64,000 nt of DNA from an uncultured Bacteroidaceae bacterium. GTDB lineage: Bacteria; Bacteroidota; Bacteroidia; Bacteroidales; P3. Made by a program: the position numbers and the translations under genes. This document shows, piece by piece, positions 51,317 to 59,402 of the stretch. The stretch is taken from NCBI GenBank assembly GCA_964584745.1, contig CAZPBB010000001.1, positions 55 to 64,054 on the forward strand, written 5' to 3'. Under the pieces are notes generated by a model, which ran no database searches, was not told where the DNA came from, and saw only the letters and a list, made by a program, of their open reading frames with translations. Each line of letters begins with the position of its first letter. The first letter of the stretch is position 1.

Positions 51317-51721
51317 ATGGAAACGAAAAACAAGAACCGGCGGATTGGAGTCCGGGTGAGTGAAGAGGAATATGTCCGTATCAAATACAATGCGGACAAA
51401 TATCAGGACGGGAATATCGGGGAGTTCCTCCGGCAATTGGCCGTGTATGGTCAGATTACCGTGGTGCAGAAGCCGGCGAAATCCAATCCGAAACAAGCGG
51501 CGATATATGATTTTATAAAGGAATACCGCCGGGTGGGGACGAATTACAATCAGGTGGTGAAGACCATCCATCAACAGACGGTCGGACGGCAGATGCCGGA
51601 ACTGGTGGCGAAGAGCCTGGAACGTCTGGCGGTGCATACCGACCAACTGATAGCCTTGACCAAGGGAATCCAAGAACTTTTTGCAAATGGTGATCAAGAT
51701 AACCAAGTCCACCAAGATTGA
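51317..51721 (+). CDS. mobA: relaxosome accessory protein (MobC-family ribbon-helix-helix; MobA in CTnDOT nomenclature)
   Basis: ATG at 51317 (METKNKNRRIGVRVSEEEYVRIK...GEFLRQLAV). Immediately upstream of, and overlapping, the relaxase gene. Confidence 0.7.
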   Translation: METKNKNRRIGVRVSEEEYVRIKYNADKYQDGNIGEFLRQLAVYGQITVVQKPAKSNPKQAAIYDFIKEYRRVGTNYNQVVKTIHQQTVGRQMPELVAKSLERLAVHTDQLIALTKGIQELFANGDQDNQVHQD

Positions 51722-52997
51722 TGCCGTGGTAGGCTATAATATGGAGAAGGTGGCCAAACAGGAAGCATCCCTGTTGGATAGCCGCCAAATCCCCGTGCAG
51801 TTCAATGAGGATGGTATTCCCTATAAGCAGGAGATGGTGGATGTATTCGATGACCGGCAGCAGCTCAACGCCAGGGTGCGGAACCCGGTTACCCATATCT
51901 CCATGAATCCCGATCCGAAAGACATCCTTTCGGACGAGGTTCTGACCAAGATGGCACATGAACTCTTGGATGAACTGGGATATGGAGACCAACCCTGCGT
52001 AATCTTCAAGCACACCGACATTGAGCGACACCACGTCCATATCGTGGTATCCAACATCGATGAACAGGGGCGGAAGATTAACGACAGCCATGAACGTTAC
52101 CGCGCCAACCGGATCCGTCAGGGGATGGAGAACAAATACGGGCTGCATAAGGCGGAGGAATCCGAGGAGCGGCATACGGAAATCCTTGAGAGAACCAAGG
52201 TGGGGGAACGTGATGTGGCGGGGCAGATAGCCGGCGTGGTGGAACGGGGATTGTCCAATTACCGGTTTACCGGGTTCGGTGAGTTCCGCACCTACATGGA
52301 GGAGTGTGGCGTGAAGATGAATATCGTCGATACCGATAACGGCAAAGGATTATCCTATGCCGTATCGGACGAGAACAACGAGCAGCGTACGCCGTGGGTG
52401 CCGGCATCGGAAATGGGCGATGGTTACCTGTATGATGATGTGGTGCGACGGCTGGAGCAATCCCGCGCACAAGCCAAAGATTATTGTAGGAGGCAGGGGT
52501 TGCGTAAGCTTTTGTCAGACCATCTGCAGGCGGAAGATCTGCAAGAACTCAACAAAAAAGCGGCGGCCGTGGGATTGAGTTACGTCTTCCGTTTTACGCC
52601 GGACGGAAGGCCGTATGGCTGCACGGTCATCGACCACAAGAAGCAGGTGGTGTTCAACGCCTCGCAGGTGCACCGCTCGCTTTCGGCACAAGCCTGGCAG
52701 AAGTTCTTTGACGGGCAGCCGATTCCCGACAAACTGATTGTGGGACGGAAGATAGACCGGGATGTAAGGCAGGATACGGACGTATGGCAGAAGATAGACA
52801 CATTGCTGGAAGGTATTCTGCCGGCGGAGGAAAAACGACGTTACATACCCGCAGGAGGTACGGCCACACCGGTATCGTGGAAGCAAGCAGGCCGCAGCAA
52901 GGCGGTGGCCAAACAGGAAAAAGCCAACACCCATTTCCATTTCGAGGACGAAGAGGAGGAAGAGGAACGTCGCCGCAAGAACCGAAAGAAGTTGTAA
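51687..52997 (+). CDS. mobB: relaxase/mobilisation nuclease (MobB in CTnDOT nomenclature)
   Basis: ATG at 51687. Motifs AVVGYNMEKV, HISMNPDP and HTDIERHHVHIVVSNID (His triad). Confidence 0.9.
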   Translation: MVIKITKSTKIDAVVGYNMEKVAKQEASLLDSRQIPVQFNEDGIPYKQEMVDVFDDRQQLNARVRNPVTHISMNPDPKDILSDEVLTKMAHELLDELGYGDQPCVIFKHTDIERHHVHIVVSNIDEQGRKINDSHERYRANRIRQGMENKYGLHKAEESEERHTEILERTKVGERDVAGQIAGVVERGLSNYRFTGFGEFRTYMEECGVKMNIVDTDNGKGLSYAVSDENNEQRTPWVPASEMGDGYLYDDVVRRLEQSRAQAKDYCRRQGLRKLLSDHLQAEDLQELNKKAAAVGLSYVFRFTPDGRPYGCTVIDHKKQVVFNASQVHRSLSAQAWQKFFDGQPIPDKLIVGRKIDRDVRQDTDVWQKIDTLLEGILPAEEKRRYIPAGGTATPVSWKQAGRSKAVAKQEKANTHFHFEDEEEEEERRRKNRKKL

Positions 52998-53016
52998 ACC
53001 TTATAAATTCAATTTT

Positions 53017-55029
53017 ATGCAAGATACGACAGACGATAAGACCATTGAGAAATTCATGGGGGTGCTGCGGATTATCGCCGTGGTGTTCCTTTTCATACAC
53101 CTCTATTACTTTATGTTTCCCGTATGGAAAGATGCGGGCTTTTTCCACCCTTTCATCAACAAGATACTGTTGCGGTTGCAAAACCTTTACGGTATGTTCA
53201 ACACCACCTGGCCGACCAAGATTATCTGCTTCCTATTCCTGGCAGTCGGCTGCATGGGCACGGCGAGCAAGAAGAAAGAAGACCTGTCATGGCAGGATGT
53301 CTTGTGGCGTATCGTGGTCGGATTCTTCCTGTTTTTCGGTACAGGCATATTCTTTATGCACGGTTACAGGCTGTCGCATACGCTGTATATTATCTATGGA
53401 GTGGTTACGGCCGCAGGCTTTATCTTCCTGATGTGGGGTGGTATCCTGGCCTCGCGCCTGATTCGGGTCAACCTGATGGGCGACCGGTTCAACTTCGAGA
53501 ACGAGAGTTTCGAGCAGGAACGCAAGCGGATGGATAACGAGTATTCGGTAAACATCCCTACGAAGTTCTACTATAAAGGAAAATGGAACAAGGGTTGGAT
53601 TAATGTCGTGAACCCCTTCCGGGCGAGTATGGTGCTCGGAACCCCCGGTTCGGGTAAGTCGTTCGCCATCATCAACAACTATATCAAGCAATGCATCGAA
53701 AAGGGTTTTGCGATGTACATCTACGATTACAAGTTTCCCGACCTGTCGATGATTGCCATCAACCATTACCGCTTGCATCCGAATGGCTATAAGATCCGTC
53801 CGTCGGTCTATGTGCTCAATTTCGATGATCCCCGGCGTTCCCACCGCTGCAATCCCATCAACCCGAAGCTGATGACCGATATGACGGATGCCTATGAGGC
53901 CGCCTATACCATCATGCTGAACCTGAACAAGACCTGGATTCAGAAGCAGGGGGATTTCTTCGTGGAGTCGCCTATAACGCTTGTAACGTCTATCATTTGG
54001 TTTCTGAAGATATATAAGGGTGGTAGGTATTGCACCTTCCCCCATGTTATCCAGTTGTTGAACGAACCCTATACCAACCTTTTCCCCATACTGATGAGTT
54101 ATGGTGAACTGGAAGCCTATCTGTCTCCGTTTATGAATGCTTGGAAAGGTGGTGCCCAGGACCAGTTGCAAGGTCAGTTGGCCTCTGCACAGATTCCTCT
54201 GTCGCGTATGTCCTCTCCGCAACTGTACTGGGTGATGACGGGCGATGATTTCACGCTCGATATCAATAATCCGAAAGAGCCCAAGATCCTCTGTGTAGGC
54301 AACAACCCCGACCGTCAGAACATTTATGGGGCGGCTTTAGGACTTTACAACAGCCGTATTGTCAAGCTCATCAACAAGAAGAAACAGTTGAAGAGTTGTG
54401 TGTTGATCGATGAGTTGCCGACCATCTTCTTCAAGGGGCTGGACAACTTGATTGCGACAGCCCGTAGTAACAAAGTGGCGGTTTGTCTCGGCTTTCAAGA
54501 TTTCTCTCAGCTGAACCGTGACTATGGCGATAAGGAGAGCAAAGTTATTCAAAACACGGTGGGTAACGTGTTCTCGGGTCAGGTGGTGGCGGAAACCGCC
54601 GACATACTGAGCAAACGTTTCGGGAAGGTGCTGCAACGGCGGCAGAGTCTGTCAATCAATAAAAACGACACATCGGTATCCATATCGACGCAGTTGGATT
54701 CCTTGATTCCGGCCTCCAAGATTGCCACCATGACACAGGGTATGTTCGTCGGGGCGGTGGCGGATAACTTCGGGGAAGAGATAAATCAAAAGGTATTCAA
54801 TGCCAAGATTGTCGTGGACGTGAAGAAAGTAGCAGAGGAAGAGAAGAAATACAAGGACATATCCATCATTACAGACTTCACAGATGAGAATGGGGAAGAC
54901 CACATGGAGGAGTTGATTCAGCAGAACTACCGCCGCATCGTGGCCGAAACCAAGCAGCTTGTCAAGGACGAAATTGCCCGCATCGAAGCCGACCCGGATC
55001 TCTGCCATCTACTTGAGGACGCGGAGTAG
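53017..55029 (+). CDS. mobC: type IV secretion coupling protein (TraD/TraG-like; MobC in CTnDOT nomenclature)
   Basis: 670 aa. N-terminal TM helices. Walker A GTPGSGKSF. Walker B-like VLIDELP. Confidence 0.9.
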   Translation: MQDTTDDKTIEKFMGVLRIIAVVFLFIHLYYFMFPVWKDAGFFHPFINKILLRLQNLYGMFNTTWPTKIICFLFLAVGCMGTASKKKEDLSWQDVLWRIVVGFFLFFGTGIFFMHGYRLSHTLYIIYGVVTAAGFIFLMWGGILASRLIRVNLMGDRFNFENESFEQERKRMDNEYSVNIPTKFYYKGKWNKGWINVVNPFRASMVLGTPGSGKSFAIINNYIKQCIEKGFAMYIYDYKFPDLSMIAINHYRLHPNGYKIRPSVYVLNFDDPRRSHRCNPINPKLMTDMTDAYEAAYTIMLNLNKTWIQKQGDFFVESPITLVTSIIWFLKIYKGGRYCTFPHVIQLLNEPYTNLFPILMSYGELEAYLSPFMNAWKGGAQDQLQGQLASAQIPLSRMSSPQLYWVMTGDDFTLDINNPKEPKILCVGNNPDRQNIYGAALGLYNSRIVKLINKKKQLKSCVLIDELPTIFFKGLDNLIATARSNKVAVCLGFQDFSQLNRDYGDKESKVIQNTVGNVFSGQVVAETADILSKRFGKVLQRRQSLSINKNDTSVSISTQLDSLIPASKIATMTQGMFVGAVADNFGEEINQKVFNAKIVVDVKKVAEEEKKYKDISIITDFTDENGEDHMEELIQQNYRRIVAETKQLVKDEIARIEADPDLCHLLEDAE

Positions 55030-55030
55030 A

Positions 55031-56239
55031 TTATTGTTTTATTTTGACAAGATCAAGAATATCTTTACTTGTCTTTTGGTCATAAAACAAAACAATGTTC
55101 TCTTTGGCGCCCATTAAAGAACTTTTGTACTTTAGACCGTCTAACTTTTTACCATCGGGTAGTTTATGAATATATCTAAGATATTCGGTAAACACTTGCG
55201 CTGGAATATATTCTTGATGGATTCTATCGTCCCGTTTTATTTCTTTAGTTATCTCATTATTAAAAGAATGTAGAAATTCGAAACTTTCAAAACCTTCTAA
55301 CCAAAAACTGGTCTCGGGGAGGTTGGTTAAATCTAGGATGGTCAGGTCTTTCGTTGTTCTAAAAATCCCTATGGCATGAGGTAAATCCGAAGGCTTCCCA
55401 TCGGGACTACTTTCAAGAATGGCGGTTTCCTGATCAAATGCACCGTAAAACATGGAGACTCCGGCTGGACTCATGCGATTTTGTTTGGCACACCCGTCAG
55501 GGGGAGATGTTATTTGGTCGAATGTATGGATGGCTTCGTCTTGTTTGAGGAATCGGCATCTGTAAAGAAAGGTTTCTTTGGGAAGTTTAGCGTAAAGTTT
55601 ATGATGGTCAATTCTTGCGCTTAATTCCGTAAGTATATCTGATAATCCGTTGTCGGAATCTATAGGTGCGACGCTTGCGAATTCTGGGCGTTTAAAGAAA
55701 GTGAAGCGCTGTTGATGTTTAACTAATTGAGAGAATTGTTCCCATTGGAAAGAAAGTTCTTGGCTTTCGGAAAGGCTGAATGGAGACACTCTTATCCACC
55801 AATCGTTGAAAAAGCAATTTTCCATATCATTATCAAGTTCTTCATTGTCTGTATATAGATTGATGGCGTCAAATAATTCACGTATACCATTATATTGTTC
55901 TGCATAACAAGGTGCGATATAACAACCAACCCGCTGAAAACCGGGAATTTCCTCTTTTTCATCATCGTAATAAGAACTTCCTAAAGGTAAGTTTTCTTGA
56001 TCCGGATTACTGTAACGAGATGTTATCTTGGCTGCAATATACTCCATTAGTGGGCTAAAATCCATAACAGGATCCCGTTTCCCACAATAACTACATTTTC
56101 CTGGAACCGCTTTATCCTTAATGTACTGTTGGAGATATTGATCCTCAAAATGATTAGCGCAAACATATTTTTCCCCAGGCTCGGGAATTTCGTATCCGCG
56201 TTCTTCGATTTCAATCTGTCGTTGTTTAAAAAAGCCCAT
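55031..56239 (-). CDS. RES-domain protein with N-terminal Cys-containing extension (HEPN/RES-associated NTD type)
   Basis: 402 aa with AT-rich codon usage. N-terminal CANHF...GKCSYCG. C-terminal RES pattern LYRCR...NRMSPAGVSMFYGAFDQETAILE...YKSSL..KENIVLF. Confidence 0.75.
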   Translation of the reverse strand: MGFFKQRQIEIEERGYEIPEPGEKYVCANHFEDQYLQQYIKDKAVPGKCSYCGKRDPVMDFSPLMEYIAAKITSRYSNPDQENLPLGSSYYDDEKEEIPGFQRVGCYIAPCYAEQYNGIRELFDAINLYTDNEELDNDMENCFFNDWWIRVSPFSLSESQELSFQWEQFSQLVKHQQRFTFFKRPEFASVAPIDSDNGLSDILTELSARIDHHKLYAKLPKETFLYRCRFLKQDEAIHTFDQITSPPDGCAKQNRMSPAGVSMFYGAFDQETAILESSPDGKPSDLPHAIGIFRTTKDLTILDLTNLPETSFWLEGFESFEFLHSFNNEITKEIKRDDRIHQEYIPAQVFTEYLRYIHKLPDGKKLDGLKYKSSLMGAKENIVLFYDQKTSKDILDLVKIKQ

Positions 56240-56282
56240 AATATAGTGTTTTGTGTTCGTTCAATAATTTCTTATTGTTTTT

Positions 56283-56290
56283 CAAAGATA
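56283..56290 (-). promoter_or_regulatory. candidate -7 promoter box for the RES gene
   Basis: CAAAGATA on the plus strand equals TATCTTTG on the minus strand, 44 nt upstream of the ATG at 56239. Confidence 0.4.
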
Positions 56291-56337
56291 CAAGATAATC
56301 TAATATAGGTAAAAGAATTAACACTAATGGTGTTTTA

Positions 56338-56408
56338 GAAAAAGCCAAGAAAAGCCAAAGAAGCCAAAAAAGCCAAGAAAAGCCAAAAGAAGCCAAGAAA
56401 AGCCAAAT
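56338..56408. repeat. seven helically phased GCCAA(A/G)A-type repeats (A-tract array)
   Basis: GCCAA starts at 56344, 56354, 56363, 56372, 56382, 56392 and 56402 (spacings 10, 9, 9, 10, 10, 10). Confidence 0.9.
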
Positions 56409-56568
56409 TCAGGCTTTGATATGTATTTGTGTATAATACGCTGATTTATAGCGATGTGTGTTGTTCGGCCGTAAATCTTATGGTCCGAAAATGCAGGTCT
56501 GGCCATTCTTCTCCGATACATTTGTCTCGCTAATTCATTCATTATTTAACCATTTAAAATTAAACAAA

Positions 56569-57525
56569 ATGGACGAATCAATCAAGAACGAAGCGCGGGA
56601 AAAGATGGAGCAGATGGAAACCGGTTCCTACAAACCCCGCGTAAGCGCGGAACAGATGCTGAGCCATCTGGAACAAATGGAAGCCAAAGGCGTCGATATC
56701 AAGACGCTTGTCAGCTCGCAAGACCTGCGGAGGCTGGCGTATGGTAAAATTACAACCAAATTGTACGGCTTTCAAGAAGAGCGCGATGGCAAGGTCTATA
56801 ACGAACAGGGCAAGTTTTACTTGACCGGTGGAGAAAAGCCCGAGCTCAAGGCTCTTACCCTTTACAACAAGGAACAGGACCGTTCCCAGTACAAGGGGCA
56901 TGTCTTTACGGCCGAAGAAAAGAACAACATTTTTCAGAACGGCCAGGCGGGTACCATCATCGAATTGGATGTGAATCACGGCAACAAGGAAGGCTTGGAA
57001 CCCAAAATGGAGAAATGCTATGTTTCTTACGATCGCGATATTAATCGTTTTAGAGCGATTCCTGCCGAAAAGGTTTCGGCAAACACGTTCAAGAAGTTCT
57101 TCGGACATGAATTGTCCGACGACCAGGCCGCGCAGTTGAAAACCGGAAAGCCCGTCATGGTGGAATTGCCCGATGCCAAGGGGAATGTCAGGAAGACAGT
57201 GCTGCAGTTCGATGCCTTTGAATTCGGATTGAAGCAATACGCGGCCGTTTATTTCGCTCCCCGTAAATTTTTGGGCGTGGAACTGACCGATGAGCAGCGC
57301 AAGGCGCTTGGTGAGGGAAAATCTGTTCAGTTGAACGGATTGCAGAAGAAAGACGGCACCAAGTTCAACGCCCGCATCAAACTCAACGGAGAAGCCAAAG
57401 TGGCCTTTGAGCCGAGTGAGAAGAAGGAGGTGAAGAACGCCGTCGCCGCCGTTGAGAAACCCAAGGTGGAAAAGCCTAAGCTGGACAAACCCAAGAAAAA
57501 GAAAGCATCAGGGCAGAAACTCTAA
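56569..57525 (+). CDS. DUF3945-like protein
   Basis: ATG at 56569 (MDESIKNEAREK). Two repeated modules (KFYLTGGEKPELKAL...; FFGHELSDDQAAQLKTGKPV..., FLGVELTDEQRKALGEGKSVQLNGL...KFNARIKLN) and a Lys-rich tail. This is the pattern I associate with DUF3945 of Bacteroidales ICEs. Confidence 0.65.
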   Translation: MDESIKNEAREKMEQMETGSYKPRVSAEQMLSHLEQMEAKGVDIKTLVSSQDLRRLAYGKITTKLYGFQEERDGKVYNEQGKFYLTGGEKPELKALTLYNKEQDRSQYKGHVFTAEEKNNIFQNGQAGTIIELDVNHGNKEGLEPKMEKCYVSYDRDINRFRAIPAEKVSANTFKKFFGHELSDDQAAQLKTGKPVMVELPDAKGNVRKTVLQFDAFEFGLKQYAAVYFAPRKFLGVELTDEQRKALGEGKSVQLNGLQKKDGTKFNARIKLNGEAKVAFEPSEKKEVKNAVAAVEKPKVEKPKLDKPKKKKASGQKL

Positions 57526-57556
57526 TCTGATCCCGTCATTTCGAAGTTATTAATCC

Positions 57557-57588
57557 AAGAGAGGGAACGGCCGTTCCCTCTCTTTTAA
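57557..57588 (+). terminator. rho-independent terminator
   Basis: Perfect 14-bp palindromic stem AAGAGAGGGAACGG/CCGTTCCCTCTCTT, followed by TTAAG. Confidence 0.65.
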
Positions 57589-57600
57589 GTTAGACAGACC

Positions 57601-58347
57601 ATGAAAGAAGAACAGAAAATAGAAGCTGTTGAACCGGCGGCACCGGAACAGATGCAAGAACAGACCGCGGTAGAAGGACAAGCCCAGGAACGAGAGGCGG
57701 CAGATGTGGCTATAGGTCAAAAAACGTCTAAGGTGGGGCTCAAAGAGAGTGTCATTCCGACGGTTCAAAAACCTCAGGTTGACCCGAACAAAACGGAAGG
57801 AGGCATCCTGCTTGATACGATTATTTCCAATGCATATGCGGCTTATCAACGGCGCAAACAAAAAAGGGAGGCGGCACAGAAAGAAGTGCCCGGCAATGCA
57901 CCGGGGGATAAAATCAGCCCGGAGGCGTTCAAGCAACTTATGGATCAACTCCAAAAAGAAGGGATCAATCTTGACCAGTTGCATAAGAGCGGCGATATGG
58001 ATCGTCTCCTGCAAGGTCGAATGACCAAGGAAGTCTATACTCGTACGCCAGTCGGTTCGTGGGTAGAGCGGCGCGGCCCTCTGTTCATCGGCAATGACAA
58101 TCAAATCCATCAGACCTTAATTAAACAGGATAATGTGATGGAGAAAGATCTGACGGCCAAGCAGAACGCGCAATTGCGTAAGGAGGGCGAGGTGCTCAAA
58201 GGCGACACGCTCATCAAACGGAATCCCAAGACCAGAAGAGTACAGCGGATCCCGGCAAGCCAGGCGGCAAAGCAACGCCACCAAAAACAAATCAGCAGGA
58301 AGGTACAGGGTGCTAAAAAGAAGACCATGATGAAACGTGGCCTGTAG
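57601..58347 (+). CDS. hypothetical protein (DUF4099-like region)
   Basis: 248 aa. INLDQLHKSGDMDRLLQGRMTKEVY resembles the DUF4099 motif of ICE proteins. Basic tail. Confidence 0.5.
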   Translation: MKEEQKIEAVEPAAPEQMQEQTAVEGQAQEREAADVAIGQKTSKVGLKESVIPTVQKPQVDPNKTEGGILLDTIISNAYAAYQRRKQKREAAQKEVPGNAPGDKISPEAFKQLMDQLQKEGINLDQLHKSGDMDRLLQGRMTKEVYTRTPVGSWVERRGPLFIGNDNQIHQTLIKQDNVMEKDLTAKQNAQLRKEGEVLKGDTLIKRNPKTRRVQRIPASQAAKQRHQKQISRKVQGAKKKTMMKRGL

Positions 58348-58388
58348 CCGTCTTTAAATCAATAGTAACTCACAATAAAGATAACAAG

Positions 58389-59402
58389 ATGAAATCGTTC
58401 ACTTTTAAAACAGATCCGTCGAAAGCGGAAATTGAAATCCTCGAAGCTCCCGGTCGGACGTTTGAGGACAAAATACAGGTGTTGGAACGCACCATATCAC
58501 CGCGCACCCTGATGGCGGCAGCTAAAAATGAAGATTCGGATATACGTCGTATCGCGGCATCGCATCCGTATGCCACAGAAGATGTGTTGGCCGTGTTGTC
58601 GATGGATTCAAGTCCGGAAGTCCGGTTGCAGGTGGCCTCCAATGACAACGCACGTCAGAATACGCTCGAAATGTTGTTTGCCGATGAATATCTGCCCATC
58701 CGGGAGGCGGCGGCAACCAATGAGAATGCGAGCGAACAAATCTTGATAAAAGTCATCAACGACCCGGAGGTGGAAATGCAGGAGATTGCTGCCGGACACG
58801 CCGGCGCAACAGATTATGTTCTTGACATAGCCATCAAGTCGAAACACGCCGAGGTGCGTGTGGCGGCAGCCGGGAATGAAAATGCCTCGGAAGCCGTTTT
58901 GATGGTGGCTATACAAGACCCCGACATGAATGTACGTAAGGCGGCTGCCATGAATGATGAAGCCACCTTGAAAGTCATCAAAATCGCATTGAAAGACCGC
59001 AACGACGAGGTGCGTGCCGTGGCGGTGATGCACGACACGGTTCCCGGCGAATTGTTGAATGGAATGCGTTCCGATGCCTCCCCGAAAGTGCAACAGGCAA
59101 TCAAGCGGCTGGATACGATAACTCAGCAGATTTCTGACTTCTGTACCATACAGGATCCGGTAGATTCCATTCCCAAATACATCGGCGATAAGAAGCTGAC
59201 TTACGCCCAGCGGCAGCGGCTCGCCGATGGAAAGCTGGTCGAACTCAAGGATGTTACCGACAAGAACGGTGTCAAACGCGACATTAACCTGCGTTCCGAT
59301 GGCAAACGCCTGTTGATTGTCGCCGACAAGAAAAAGCAGGAAGCCGAGAAGAAAGAGCGAGAGAAACGCGAGAAGAAAACCACCCTGAAACACCGCTTCT
59401 AA
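58389..59402 (+). CDS. leucine-rich-repeat-variant (LRV/HEAT-like) repeat protein
   Basis: About 8 repeats of the type xxVRxAAAxNxNAxxxVLxxxxxDxD (e.g. EVRLQVASNDNA, EVRVAAAGNENASEAVL, NVRKAAAMNDEATLKVI). Basic Lys/Glu tail. Confidence 0.7.
   Translation: MKSFTFKTDPSKAEIEILEAPGRTFEDKIQVLERTISPRTLMAAAKNEDSDIRRIAASHPYATEDVLAVLSMDSSPEVRLQVASNDNARQNTLEMLFADEYLPIREAAATNENASEQILIKVINDPEVEMQEIAAGHAGATDYVLDIAIKSKHAEVRVAAAGNENASEAVLMVAIQDPDMNVRKAAAMNDEATLKVIKIALKDRNDEVRAVAVMHDTVPGELLNGMRSDASPKVQQAIKRLDTITQQISDFCTIQDPVDSIPKYIGDKKLTYAQRQRLADGKLVELKDVTDKNGVKRDINLRSDGKRLLIVADKKKQEAEKKEREKREKKTTLKHRF

Noticed and set aside
56324-56542. 72-aa minus-strand ORF
   Set aside because: Its C-terminal half (FSWLLLAFLGFFGFFGFSWLF) is just the translation of the phased GCCAA repeat.
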